64,000 nucleotides of DNA from Gammaproteobacteria bacterium (GCA_047611265.1 JBLFWM010000001.1:82155-146154); one strand, 5' to 3'. Shown: positions 9,267 through 17,249, counted from the stretch's first letter. The notes: generated by a model not told the origin, from the sequence alone. Program-made: numbers and translations.

Positions 9267-10637
9267 TTAGCGATTAAGTTCTGCTAAATTTTTATTATCT
9301 GCTGTTTTCGAATATAACGAATATGCTCCGAATCTCATTTGATGAGGCATACCTAGTTTTTCTGCAGCAAAATCAATAGTGAATTTAAGAACTAAATCAT
9401 TATTCTCTTGATCATACGCTTTGAAAAATTGTGGTGGACCTTCAACATCTGGCACATCACCTTTATCCCAATTAGATAATAGTGAAGTTGTAAAGTAAAT
9501 ACGTTTACCATCCCAACTTTGAGATAACATGTTTACTTGGTCGCCAATTTTATGAGCTTTAACTTCCACAGCATTGTGTGGGTTAGAGATATCAAATATT
9601 CTAGTCATACCATCATTCCAAGTATTTACCCATAGATGTTTATCATCAGCTGTGATTGAAATATCAACAGGTAGTGGAATTTTAGATGGATCACCAATAG
9701 TACCTACAGACTCAGCATGCCATTCATTATCTTTTTCATAGATAAGCCATATTTGAGAAGTAAGTGCTGTTGTAGTGAAACAGTAGTTATGATCAGAACC
9801 CCATGCGCATCTAATTTCTAGAGGTGCACCTGGTACATCAAAAACTTTCTTTGGTTTACGAGTATGAAGATCCCAAACAACGACTGTGTTACCAAATCGT
9901 CCCATAGCATCTGCATCGCCCATTAATTTACCAAGGTTCATCATGTAATTGTTCCATCCAGTAAATGAAGATGTAATCATTACATTTCTACGTGGTAGTG
10001 CACGAATGTCATAACCATAACCGTCAGCAAATTGTCCTGTTTTCACAGCACCATTTAAATTGCCGTCAGTTGGCATGTCATAAGTAGCTACATATGTTCC
10101 ATCGTTTGTATATTCTACAAGCGCTGTTCTACCACCAAAGTCTTGGTTGTTAGAAAGACCAGAAATCATCATTCTTCCTGGTAGTGCATATGTTGTATGT
10201 GGTCCAACGATACCACCACTAGCTTTCGTAAAGTCAGTTATAACTTTATGAAGTTTAGGCTTAGATGGGTTCGTGTGAACATCAAAAATAAATATTTTTC
10301 CAGTATCTAATGTAGCTGCCCATAAATAATGCCTATCATCTGTAAAACCAGAATGATGTGCTTCATTACGACCACCGACAGAAGTATGTCCGATTACATT
10401 GCCATAGTGTGGCGACGCAGGGTTAACAGCAACTGTTACCAGTTTATCTTGTTCATCCCCTACCCCTACTTGTCCTAAAGTCCATACATATACATAATCT
10501 TCCTGGCCAACAATCTTAGCCATATATGGTGACATGCATGTCTCATCAGAGAATACATGTGTTGGGACTAGCACTAAAGCAAGAAAGCTTGACATCAACA
10601 TACCGTATACGGTTGACATAAGTTTTCTTATTTTCAT
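9267..10637 (-). CDS. mtoX: methanethiol oxidase (SBP56/SELENBP1 family), exported
   Basis: Signal peptide then DETCMSPY, VWTLG...DKLVTV, NEAHHSGFTDDR, GPHT, GYGYD, SSFTGW, PLEIR, SQSWDGKRIYFTTSLLSNWD, HQMRFG; adjacent SCO/MauG as in known mto loci; RBS AGGAG. Confidence 0.9.
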   Translation of the reverse strand: MKIRKLMSTVYGMLMSSFLALVLVPTHVFSDETCMSPYMAKIVGQEDYVYVWTLGQVGVGDEQDKLVTVAVNPASPHYGNVIGHTSVGGRNEAHHSGFTDDRHYLWAATLDTGKIFIFDVHTNPSKPKLHKVITDFTKASGGIVGPHTTYALPGRMMISGLSNNQDFGGRTALVEYTNDGTYVATYDMPTDGNLNGAVKTGQFADGYGYDIRALPRRNVMITSSFTGWNNYMMNLGKLMGDADAMGRFGNTVVVWDLHTRKPKKVFDVPGAPLEIRCAWGSDHNYCFTTTALTSQIWLIYEKDNEWHAESVGTIGDPSKIPLPVDISITADDKHLWVNTWNDGMTRIFDISNPHNAVEVKAHKIGDQVNMLSQSWDGKRIYFTTSLLSNWDKGDVPDVEGPPQFFKAYDQENNDLVLKFTIDFAAEKLGMPHQMRFGAYSLYSKTADNKNLAELNR

Positions 10638-10670
10638 AATTGCGCGCTCCTATTTGTTTCGCTTAGTTTA

Positions 10671-10702
10671 AGAGGGCCACCTACTTAAGTAAGTGACCCT
10701 CT
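10671..10702 (-). other. strong RNA hairpin between the FadL-like gene and mtoX (attenuating or stabilising element)
   Basis: Minus strand AGAGGGTCACTTACT-TA-AGTAGGTGGCCCTCT, two G-U pairs only on this strand; no long U tract. Confidence 0.65.
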
Positions 10703-10728
10703 ATTCTTTTTATTATCTTCTAGTTAAC

Positions 10729-12234
10729 TTAGAAAGTCCAAGTTAAAGATCCACCAAGGTGGAACGAAGATACTGTAGCTTTAGTATGATCTAAGGCTGC
10801 GCAACCTGCGCGAGCTAAACCACCAGTTAAAGCTGTCCCTGCAACAGACGTTGATCCGCCAGCTGATAGAGAAACTACACCTTCTTGATTAGCACCGAAA
10901 CACTTATCTTCTTCAAGTTGGAATGCAACATGAGTATCAAGTGTTAACATTGGAGCTAAGAATCCATCGATTCCAAGACCCGCAGATATACGATGTTTAT
11001 AAATTACAGGTGTTTCCATAGCTTGGAAGTACGACATAAACAATGGATACATTGCTGCTGTATAAGTACTACCATCAGCATTTACACCACCGATAGTTTT
11101 GATTTGAACACCATCAGCAACTTTGTCTTTTAGTGGATCATCAGCATAACCATATCCAAGTCTCCATTTCAATGGTCCTTGAGTTAACTGAAGACCTACT
11201 GAGTAGACTTCTTGGTCTTCGTAGAATTCATTAAAGAATCTAGCGTCAGACCATGCTTTATGTGTAATATCAGCCATAACTAACAAGTTACCGTTCATTA
11301 GACCGTTAAAAGCAAAACCAAGACCTATATTCATAGGTTGCTCTACTCTCACATCTTGTCTACAAACATTACCACTAGTTTGGTTACATTTAATAAGTGG
11401 TTGTTGTTGAGCGATTCCATTACCGTTAGATAGTCCACCTGAACCAGCCATAGATGTTACGTGTAAGTTATCATATTCATGCGGTTGTTCAGTTTGTACA
11501 TAAGCACCAACTGTTAAACCAGGCATTACTTTCATACGTCCACCAAGTGTCGCACGGAAACCAATGTCATGAACCATAGTGCCAGAACCTGTTAAACCAG
11601 CTTCTAACATTGCATATGTAATTGTTGCCGAAACACCAACATCTAAGTTAGGAGTAACAGCCATACCAATACCAGCGTTAACGCCTAAATTGATAAGTTC
11701 TGCTGCTGCACCTAGAGTGTTTGAATTATGCGTATAATTCACACCGATACCAGATGTAGCTGATACACCAACACCAAGAACGACAGGAATACCAAGACCA
11801 GTTAAATCTTGAGTTACTGCCACAGTTGGTACTGCGTATACATCAGCTTTTGATGTTGCATCGAATCCATAAGCACCACTTCCTGCAAGAGCTCTGCCCG
11901 TTGCACCGTTAGTGATGTTTACTAAAGTCGCTGCTTCGCCTACTGCGTAGCCAGCTGATCCATCATGTTGCATGCGAGCACGCGGCATGTAGAATGTAGC
12001 ACCGAACATAAAGTTAGTACCGCCGTAGTATGTAGTCAATGTTGCAGGGTTACCGAAAACCGCTGATACTGGATCTTCAACATGTGCAATACTCGTACCG
12101 GCCATAGCGGCTGATGCTCCGTGAAACACGTTATGTAGATCGAAACCATGTGGTCCGGCAAATGCTGCACCTGAACCCATCGATAAGGCTGTACCTACCG
12201 CTGCTCCAAGTTTCCAATTGCTATTAATTTTCAT
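10729..12234 (-). CDS. FadL/TodX-family outer-membrane channel for hydrophobic substrates
   Basis: Signal peptide ending AAFA, hatch motif GASAAMAG...SAVFGNPATL, amphipathic beta-strands, C-terminal Phe (TWTF); RBS GAGG. Confidence 0.78.
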   Translation of the reverse strand: MKINSNWKLGAAVGTALSMGSGAAFAGPHGFDLHNVFHGASAAMAGTSIAHVEDPVSAVFGNPATLTTYYGGTNFMFGATFYMPRARMQHDGSAGYAVGEAATLVNITNGATGRALAGSGAYGFDATSKADVYAVPTVAVTQDLTGLGIPVVLGVGVSATSGIGVNYTHNSNTLGAAAELINLGVNAGIGMAVTPNLDVGVSATITYAMLEAGLTGSGTMVHDIGFRATLGGRMKVMPGLTVGAYVQTEQPHEYDNLHVTSMAGSGGLSNGNGIAQQQPLIKCNQTSGNVCRQDVRVEQPMNIGLGFAFNGLMNGNLLVMADITHKAWSDARFFNEFYEDQEVYSVGLQLTQGPLKWRLGYGYADDPLKDKVADGVQIKTIGGVNADGSTYTAAMYPLFMSYFQAMETPVIYKHRISAGLGIDGFLAPMLTLDTHVAFQLEEDKCFGANQEGVVSLSAGGSTSVAGTALTGGLARAGCAALDHTKATVSSFHLGGSLTWTF

Positions 12235-12284
12235 ATTTTTTCCTCATTATATATATATAATAAATAACGTTAATATTTGGGAAC

Positions 12285-12300
12285 TAGACATCAATGTCTA
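12285..12300. promoter_or_regulatory. palindrome upstream of the FadL-like gene, candidate operator
   Basis: TAGACAT-CA-ATGTCTA, perfect 7-bp inverted repeat ~50 nt before the start codon. Confidence 0.35.
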
Positions 12301-12438
12301 TAAAAGAACAATCCTTCCCCCTGTATATCCATACACAATAAAAACATTTTTATCGTTAGTTTCATTTAACACTTAGCAAGCTAAGTATTAAACGATCCAA
12401 CTATAAAGTACTAATTAAGCACTTATAGTTAAATTCGT

Positions 12439-12711
12439 TTACCCCTCATCTCCTGGTCCGTAGACTCCATCTTCAAACCATTCCCATGGTCGATTACCAG
12501 CAACCTTAATGAATAAGTATACACTTATCATATTTGCCACAACTAATAGAAAACCTATTAACAGTGCCACAGGCCAACCAGATAATCCAGGCATTGATCC
12601 AGCAGCAAAATGCCACGTTGGAAACATACCGCTGAAGAAGTAATAACAGGCTACCCAAAACGCCACGACCACATAAGTACCCATAGCTGTTTTTCCGAAT
12701 AAAAATCCCAT
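12439..12711 (-). CDS. small membrane protein of unknown function (two predicted TM helices)
   Basis: 90 aa, two hydrophobic segments, Trp-rich acidic tail RPWEWFEDG; strong RBS GAGGAG. Confidence 0.7.
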   Translation of the reverse strand: MGFLFGKTAMGTYVVVAFWVACYYFFSGMFPTWHFAAGSMPGLSGWPVALLIGFLLVVANMISVYLFIKVAGNRPWEWFEDGVYGPGDEG

Positions 12712-12815
12712 ATCATTATCTCCTCTTTATTAGTATTTACTGATATATTAATGTTATATATCAATATATTGTTCTTATATAGTAACTTATATTTAGTCAT
12801 TGTAAATAGTTTTTA

Positions 12816-12839
12816 TCTATAAAGAAGATTCTTTATAGA
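12816..12839. other. perfect 11-bp inverted repeat after the reductase gene (terminator or operator)
   Basis: TCTATAAAGAA-GA-TTCTTTATAGA. Confidence 0.45.
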
Positions 12840-12873
12840 ACTAAATTAATTAAATTTTGTCTACTGAGGAATT

Positions 12874-13965
12874 TTATAAATTACTTGAGTCTGTAAAACT
12901 ATCAAAGAATATTTCGTCACTTTTTATGCCGAGTTTTTCTAGCAAGGCAGTTGCTGCATCAACCATTGGGGGTGGCCCACATAAATACCCCTGCCAATCA
13001 GAAATATCCATGTTATTTTTTTTAACAATATTTTCTTCAAAGTAATCCGTAACAAATCCACGCCCACCTTTCCAATCACTGTCTTCAGGTTCCATGCTTA
13101 AGACTGGTATAAAATCAAATTTATAATCTTTGTTCCAGTTTTCCTTAATACTTTCTAATTCTTTTATACAATAAAGATCATCTTGTGTTCTTGCGCCAAA
13201 CAAGAAGACAACATCTCTTTTTGATTGGTCTAAAACTCCGCCTTCAAGAATAGATTTGATTGGAGCAAGTCCACTTCCACCCGCAATACAAACAATTGGC
13301 GTAGCTTTTTCTCTTAAATAAAATGAACCGAAAGGTCCGTTAAGTGTAACGCATTGACCTGCGTCTCTTTTATCATCAAACAGCCATTCAGTGAATTTGC
13401 CACCAGGAGTTTTTCTAATAAAAAATGTAAACTCTTTAGGATTTTCATTTTTTGGTGCACTGGCAAAAGAATAAGACCTTGGTCTATCTAGACCTTCGAT
13501 TGATAACTCTGCCCACATTCCAGGCAATGCACAATGCTCAACTTCCTTTTCAGTTTCCACTGTAACTTTCATAATATCAGTAGTTAACATTTCAGTAGAT
13601 TTAATGATTGAGTTACATGTCTGAGGAGGCATTCTAACTAAGTCACCTAGTTCAACCTCAATTACAGAATCCATTGTTAATCTTGATTGGCATGCTAAGA
13701 AAATATCATTATCTAATTCTTCTTTTGTTAACGTATAGGAGTAATCAGATGTTGGCTTCACTTTGCCTTTGATAAGTTTGCATTTGCAAGTACCACATGT
13801 TCCAAATTTACAGTCATGCGGCCAGTCTAAGCCCTGTCCTAATGCTGCTGATAAAACACTTTCATTTTGTTTCACGAATATTTCTTTATTTGACGGTAAG
13901 ATTGTTGCTGTACTGTCTACAGGTTTCGTTCCGTAAAACCATAAATATTTATACATATTAAACAT
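12874..13965 (-). CDS. XylA-like monooxygenase reductase: [2Fe-2S] ferredoxin plus FAD/NAD(P)H domains
   Basis: PHDCKFGTCGTCK...LACQ, RSYSFA, GGKFT, GPFG, IAGGSGLAP, YLCGPPPM, FFDSF. Confidence 0.88.
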   Translation of the reverse strand: MFNMYKYLWFYGTKPVDSTATILPSNKEIFVKQNESVLSAALGQGLDWPHDCKFGTCGTCKCKLIKGKVKPTSDYSYTLTKEELDNDIFLACQSRLTMDSVIEVELGDLVRMPPQTCNSIIKSTEMLTTDIMKVTVETEKEVEHCALPGMWAELSIEGLDRPRSYSFASAPKNENPKEFTFFIRKTPGGKFTEWLFDDKRDAGQCVTLNGPFGSFYLREKATPIVCIAGGSGLAPIKSILEGGVLDQSKRDVVFLFGARTQDDLYCIKELESIKENWNKDYKFDFIPVLSMEPEDSDWKGGRGFVTDYFEENIVKKNNMDISDWQGYLCGPPPMVDAATALLEKLGIKSDEIFFDSFTDSSNL

Positions 13966-14028
13966 GATTGAGAGTCCTTTGCATAAAGTCTAACTAATAA
14001 TCTGTCAATAAAGATAACACTATGCTAT

Positions 14029-14064
14029 AAAAAAAGAAACCTCAATAAGACTATTGAGGCTTCT
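14029..14064 (-). terminator. intrinsic terminator after the GST-like gene
   Basis: Minus strand AGAAGCCTCAATA-GTCT-TATTGAGGTTTCT followed by a T run. Confidence 0.8.
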
Positions 14065-14091
14065 AAATTAGACTTAGTTATTATTAACTAA

Positions 14092-14742
14092 TTAACCAGC
14101 ATTAACACGAATTTCTCTCATGTTTCCTGCGTCATGGTCTGCTTTCGTAGCCATGCAAGAAAATGGATTAATCGACTCTTTACTAGTAGATGGATGAGAT
14201 TGCACTGCAGCAAACCAAGTATTAACTCTTGATCTTGAACTTATAGCGGCACCCTTGCCCATATTCATAGCTACTTGACAAACACCAGCCCAACAAACAT
14301 CAGCTAATGTAAACTGACCACAAACGTAGTCACCTTTCATGTTTCCCGCATCTGTTCCAAGAGTAGTGTCTAGAACATCCAATGCAGATGCTAGTGATGC
14401 GTCATCACCTACATTACATTGAGCGGCTACACCCATTTCTTGCCACATACGTGCTCTAACAGTACCATTTCTAGCAACTAAAGATGGTCCAAAACCCTTG
14501 TCATCTATATAAGATAAGCAAGCAATTAAACCATAGTTTGTTTGAGTACGATCTTTCAACACAGGACCGATTCCTAATGGTGACATACCACGAATTGACC
14601 CGGAAGGACTCCAGTCAGTTTCAGCATGACAATCCACGTCAATACCTTTTTCACCTGCAGCTAACATGCAAGCATTTGTATGAGGACATGCCGGACTTCC
14701 GTATAAATCCAACGCCTCTCTTAAATGATCTCCTATTGCCAT
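14092..14742 (-). CDS. glutathione S-transferase-family protein with N-terminal CPH motif
   Basis: LYGSPACPH, EKGID, SPLGIGPVL, C-domain DYVCGQFTLAD...WF...HPS; RBS AGGGG. Confidence 0.72.
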   Translation of the reverse strand: MAIGDHLREALDLYGSPACPHTNACMLAAGEKGIDVDCHAETDWSPSGSIRGMSPLGIGPVLKDRTQTNYGLIACLSYIDDKGFGPSLVARNGTVRARMWQEMGVAAQCNVGDDASLASALDVLDTTLGTDAGNMKGDYVCGQFTLADVCWAGVCQVAMNMGKGAAISSRSRVNTWFAAVQSHPSTSKESINPFSCMATKADHDAGNMREIRVNAG

Positions 14743-14798
14743 AATATTTACCCCCTATTATGATTGTTGTTTACAAATCTTTATTAAAATAATAAAGA

Positions 14799-14978
14799 CT
14801 ATTCGTGTATTTTAAGAGCGCCAGAAGGACAGTTACCTACTGTAGCTCTGATGTTTTCTTCTGAGTCAGCGGTCGTATCAATTACGAATGCTCCGTCAAC
14901 TACTTTAAATACATTTGGTGCACCTTTAACGCATTCTCCAGCGTGTGTACAAGTTTCTGCATCATATGTTACTTTCAT
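14799..14978 (-). CDS. 59-aa divergent mono-cluster Fe-S protein (Fer4_19/YjdI-like), absent from the ORF track
   Basis: Hand translation MKVTYDAETCTHAGECVKGAPNVFKVVDGAFVIDTTADSEENIRATVGNCPSGALKIHE; CxHxxxC...CPSGAL; RBS GGAG. Confidence 0.85.
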   Translation of the reverse strand: MKVTYDAETCTHAGECVKGAPNVFKVVDGAFVIDTTADSEENIRATVGNCPSGALKIHE

Positions 14979-15095
14979 ATCTTTCTCCGATGTTATAACA
15001 ACGACCTATTCTTTTGTCGCTTATATATAAATATAACTTAAATTTATTCAAGTTACTTTATTTTTTTTGAATTTTTTTGAATATTAGCGTTTGTT

Positions 15096-15130
15096 AAAAT
15101 AGAAAGTAGGTACCCATAAAGGGTACCTAC
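15096..15130 (-). terminator. intrinsic terminator after the monooxygenase gene
   Basis: Perfect 10-bp inverted repeat GTAGGTACCC-N5-GGGTACCTAC followed on the minus strand by TTTCTATTTT. Confidence 0.75.
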
Positions 15131-15169
15131 AATTTAACAATCTTTTGAATTGTTTGTTAACCTATAAGG

Positions 15170-16417
15170 TTACTTCTTAGCGGTTCTCATTCCAAGATCA
15201 ACGTTACCAGCATCGCCTAAGACGTCGCCGTTGAAAGGTGTGCCTTCATAACCAACTTCTTTGTTGATTCTTGCAGCAATTGCCTTTTCTTCGTCAGTCG
15301 CAAAGTGAGTATCCCAAGCAGCAAGTCTTTTACGCATGTACCAATGCCAGATTGGCGGTACTAGTGCGATAAAGAATACTACGAAGTATCCCCATCCAGT
15401 GTTTGGGCAACCTACATTTTCAAGTTCCCAGAAGTGAGTTTCTCCACGATCATGGTGGTCAGCTTGACGACCAATTTCGATAAAGAACCAACTTGTGAAA
15501 GCTGTTGAGTTATCCCAGTTATGGCGATAATCAATAGGTTGATCTTTAACACGGATTAAACCGTAATGCTCTAGGTAATTTAAAGCTTCTAATTCGAAGT
15601 TTGAAATTGCCCAGATTAGAGCTAATACAGCCATACCTATCCAGCCGCCTGCTGCAAAGAACAGAGCTACTGAAGGAACAGCCATTAGATAGCCACGAAT
15701 CCAACGGTTTTGCCATGAAATGAAAGAAACACCCATACGAGCTAGTCTCTCTTTTTCCATGTTATACAAAAATTTAGATTGACCTAAATATGATAGTGGG
15801 TAATGTCCGTAAATTGTGCGTCCACGTGGAGCAGTTGCAGGATCATCTTCACTAGCAAGTTCTAGGTGATGGTTGTATACATGTGCGTAGCAGAAATGTG
15901 CTGAGCCAGATAGTCCCATCATTGTACGTGAAATTACAAAACCAAAACCTTTGGTATGTGAAAGTTCATGTCCGTATATAATACCGATACCAATAAAGAT
16001 ACCAGATGATAATGTAGCGCCATACAAGTTAAGTCCTGAAATACCTTCAGTCATAACTATAATGCCAGGCAGCCCAATTGCAGCACCTAAGTCCATTATT
16101 ACAGCACCTGCTTCTCCACCTAAAGACATATAAGAGTATAATCTCCATGCCATTACGAGTTGAAACAAAATGAATACAGGTAACATAAAGTACATAGTCA
16201 AGTTTTGGAAACTTGCCCATCCAATTGAGTTACCGGATTTGTCAAAGCCTACGCCTGAAGATTCAAATTTTGTAGCGATGTCTATTAATAGACCTACAAA
16301 AAGTAAAACTACACCTAACCAAGACATAATGCCTCCGATTAGAACACCAGCTCCTGCTACTATAATAAGTACAGGTGCTAGTAAATAGCGTACATTTAAT
16401 AAAATATTTCCGATCAT
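15170..16417 (-). CDS. XylM/AlkB-family membrane-bound non-heme di-iron monooxygenase
   Basis: His boxes HELSH, HVYNHH, NYLEHYG, QADHH; DPATAPRG, PPIW; XylM-like C-terminus LAAWDTHFATDEE; start moved to ATG 16417 by GGGAGG RBS at 16423-16428 (415 aa). Confidence 0.88.
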   Translation of the reverse strand: MIGNILLNVRYLLAPVLIIVAGAGVLIGGIMSWLGVVLLFVGLLIDIATKFESSGVGFDKSGNSIGWASFQNLTMYFMLPVFILFQLVMAWRLYSYMSLGGEAGAVIMDLGAAIGLPGIIVMTEGISGLNLYGATLSSGIFIGIGIIYGHELSHTKGFGFVISRTMMGLSGSAHFCYAHVYNHHLELASEDDPATAPRGRTIYGHYPLSYLGQSKFLYNMEKERLARMGVSFISWQNRWIRGYLMAVPSVALFFAAGGWIGMAVLALIWAISNFELEALNYLEHYGLIRVKDQPIDYRHNWDNSTAFTSWFFIEIGRQADHHDRGETHFWELENVGCPNTGWGYFVVFFIALVPPIWHWYMRKRLAAWDTHFATDEEKAIAARINKEVGYEGTPFNGDVLGDAGNVDLGMRTAKK

Positions 16418-16691
16418 CTTAACCTCCCAGATTAATCGAATAATTATACCTGCATCTAAAATCATTAAATTCTAGAACAGGCTCCTTAGGGAATATTCCC
16501 AATGAATTAATTTTGGCACCTCTCTGTTATCGTGTCAAAACTATTTTGTAAGTATTTGTTACATTAGAAATTGCTTAAATACTAATAAAATAGCACCTAT
16601 GCGGTGTTTAGAAATATAATGGTGTATACTTAATTTTGTAATTAAAAATATCTTATCAATTTAATATTTTTTTATTAACTTAGGCATAAAA

Positions 16692-17249
16692 ATGAACGTG
16701 AAAGACCTTATAATAATTGTAGTTTTGCTAATAATTCATCCGAAATTTTTAGCTGCAATGCCTGATGTTAACAAGGCATTATCAGATGTTGAATTTCAAT
16801 CAATAGAGTCTACAAATATTAAGCTTACTGAATACAAGGGTAAAATTATTTTATTATTTTTTGGCTACACAAATTGTCCAGATATATGTCCGACTACTCT
16901 ATTGGATATTTCAAGGACATTGAAAGAATTAAAAGATGACGCTAAAAAAGTACAGGCTGTCTTTGTAAGTGTTGATTATAAAAGAGATACTCCTCAGTAT
17001 TTAAATAAATATGTAAATTATTTTGATGAAAGGATATTAGGTATATCATCTGATAAAAAAAATATTGATAAATTAAATAAGTACTTTAAAACTAATTACT
17101 CATTACTAGATTCCAATAAAGAGAATTATCTTGTGGAGCACAGTTCAAATCTATACATCATAGGTGAGGATTTGGTTGTTAAAAGGATAATCGCTCATGG
17201 ACTGCCCTATACTGAAATTACAAAAGCTGTAAAAAAGCTTATCAATTAA
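16692..17249 (+). CDS. SCO1/SenC copper chaperone
   Basis: FFGYTNCPDICP, FVSVD...RDTP, VEHSS; N-terminal signal/anchor. Confidence 0.9.
   Translation: MNVKDLIIIVVLLIIHPKFLAAMPDVNKALSDVEFQSIESTNIKLTEYKGKIILLFFGYTNCPDICPTTLLDISRTLKELKDDAKKVQAVFVSVDYKRDTPQYLNKYVNYFDERILGISSDKKNIDKLNKYFKTNYSLLDSNKENYLVEHSSNLYIIGEDLVVKRIIAHGLPYTEITKAVKKLIN

Noticed and set aside
9267-10637. Selenium-metabolism role linking SBP56 with the rSAM/selenodomain operon
   Set aside because: The SCO/MauG context fits methanethiol oxidase; the loci are ~24 kb apart; FDH and the rSAM use TGC Cys with no in-frame UGA
15170-16417. Calling the gene alkB or xylM (alkane or xylene degradation)
   Set aside because: The family is clear but the substrate is not. 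The last His box is altered and there is no rubredoxin or downstream alkane/aromatic pathway in the window, so no gene symbol is given.
16418-16465. N-terminal extension in the ORF track
   Set aside because: A strong GGGAGG RBS sits inside this extension, just before ATG 16417
16513-16528. TTGGCAC as a sigma-54 promoter
   Set aside because: No TTGC at the -12 position, and it points away from the monooxygenase
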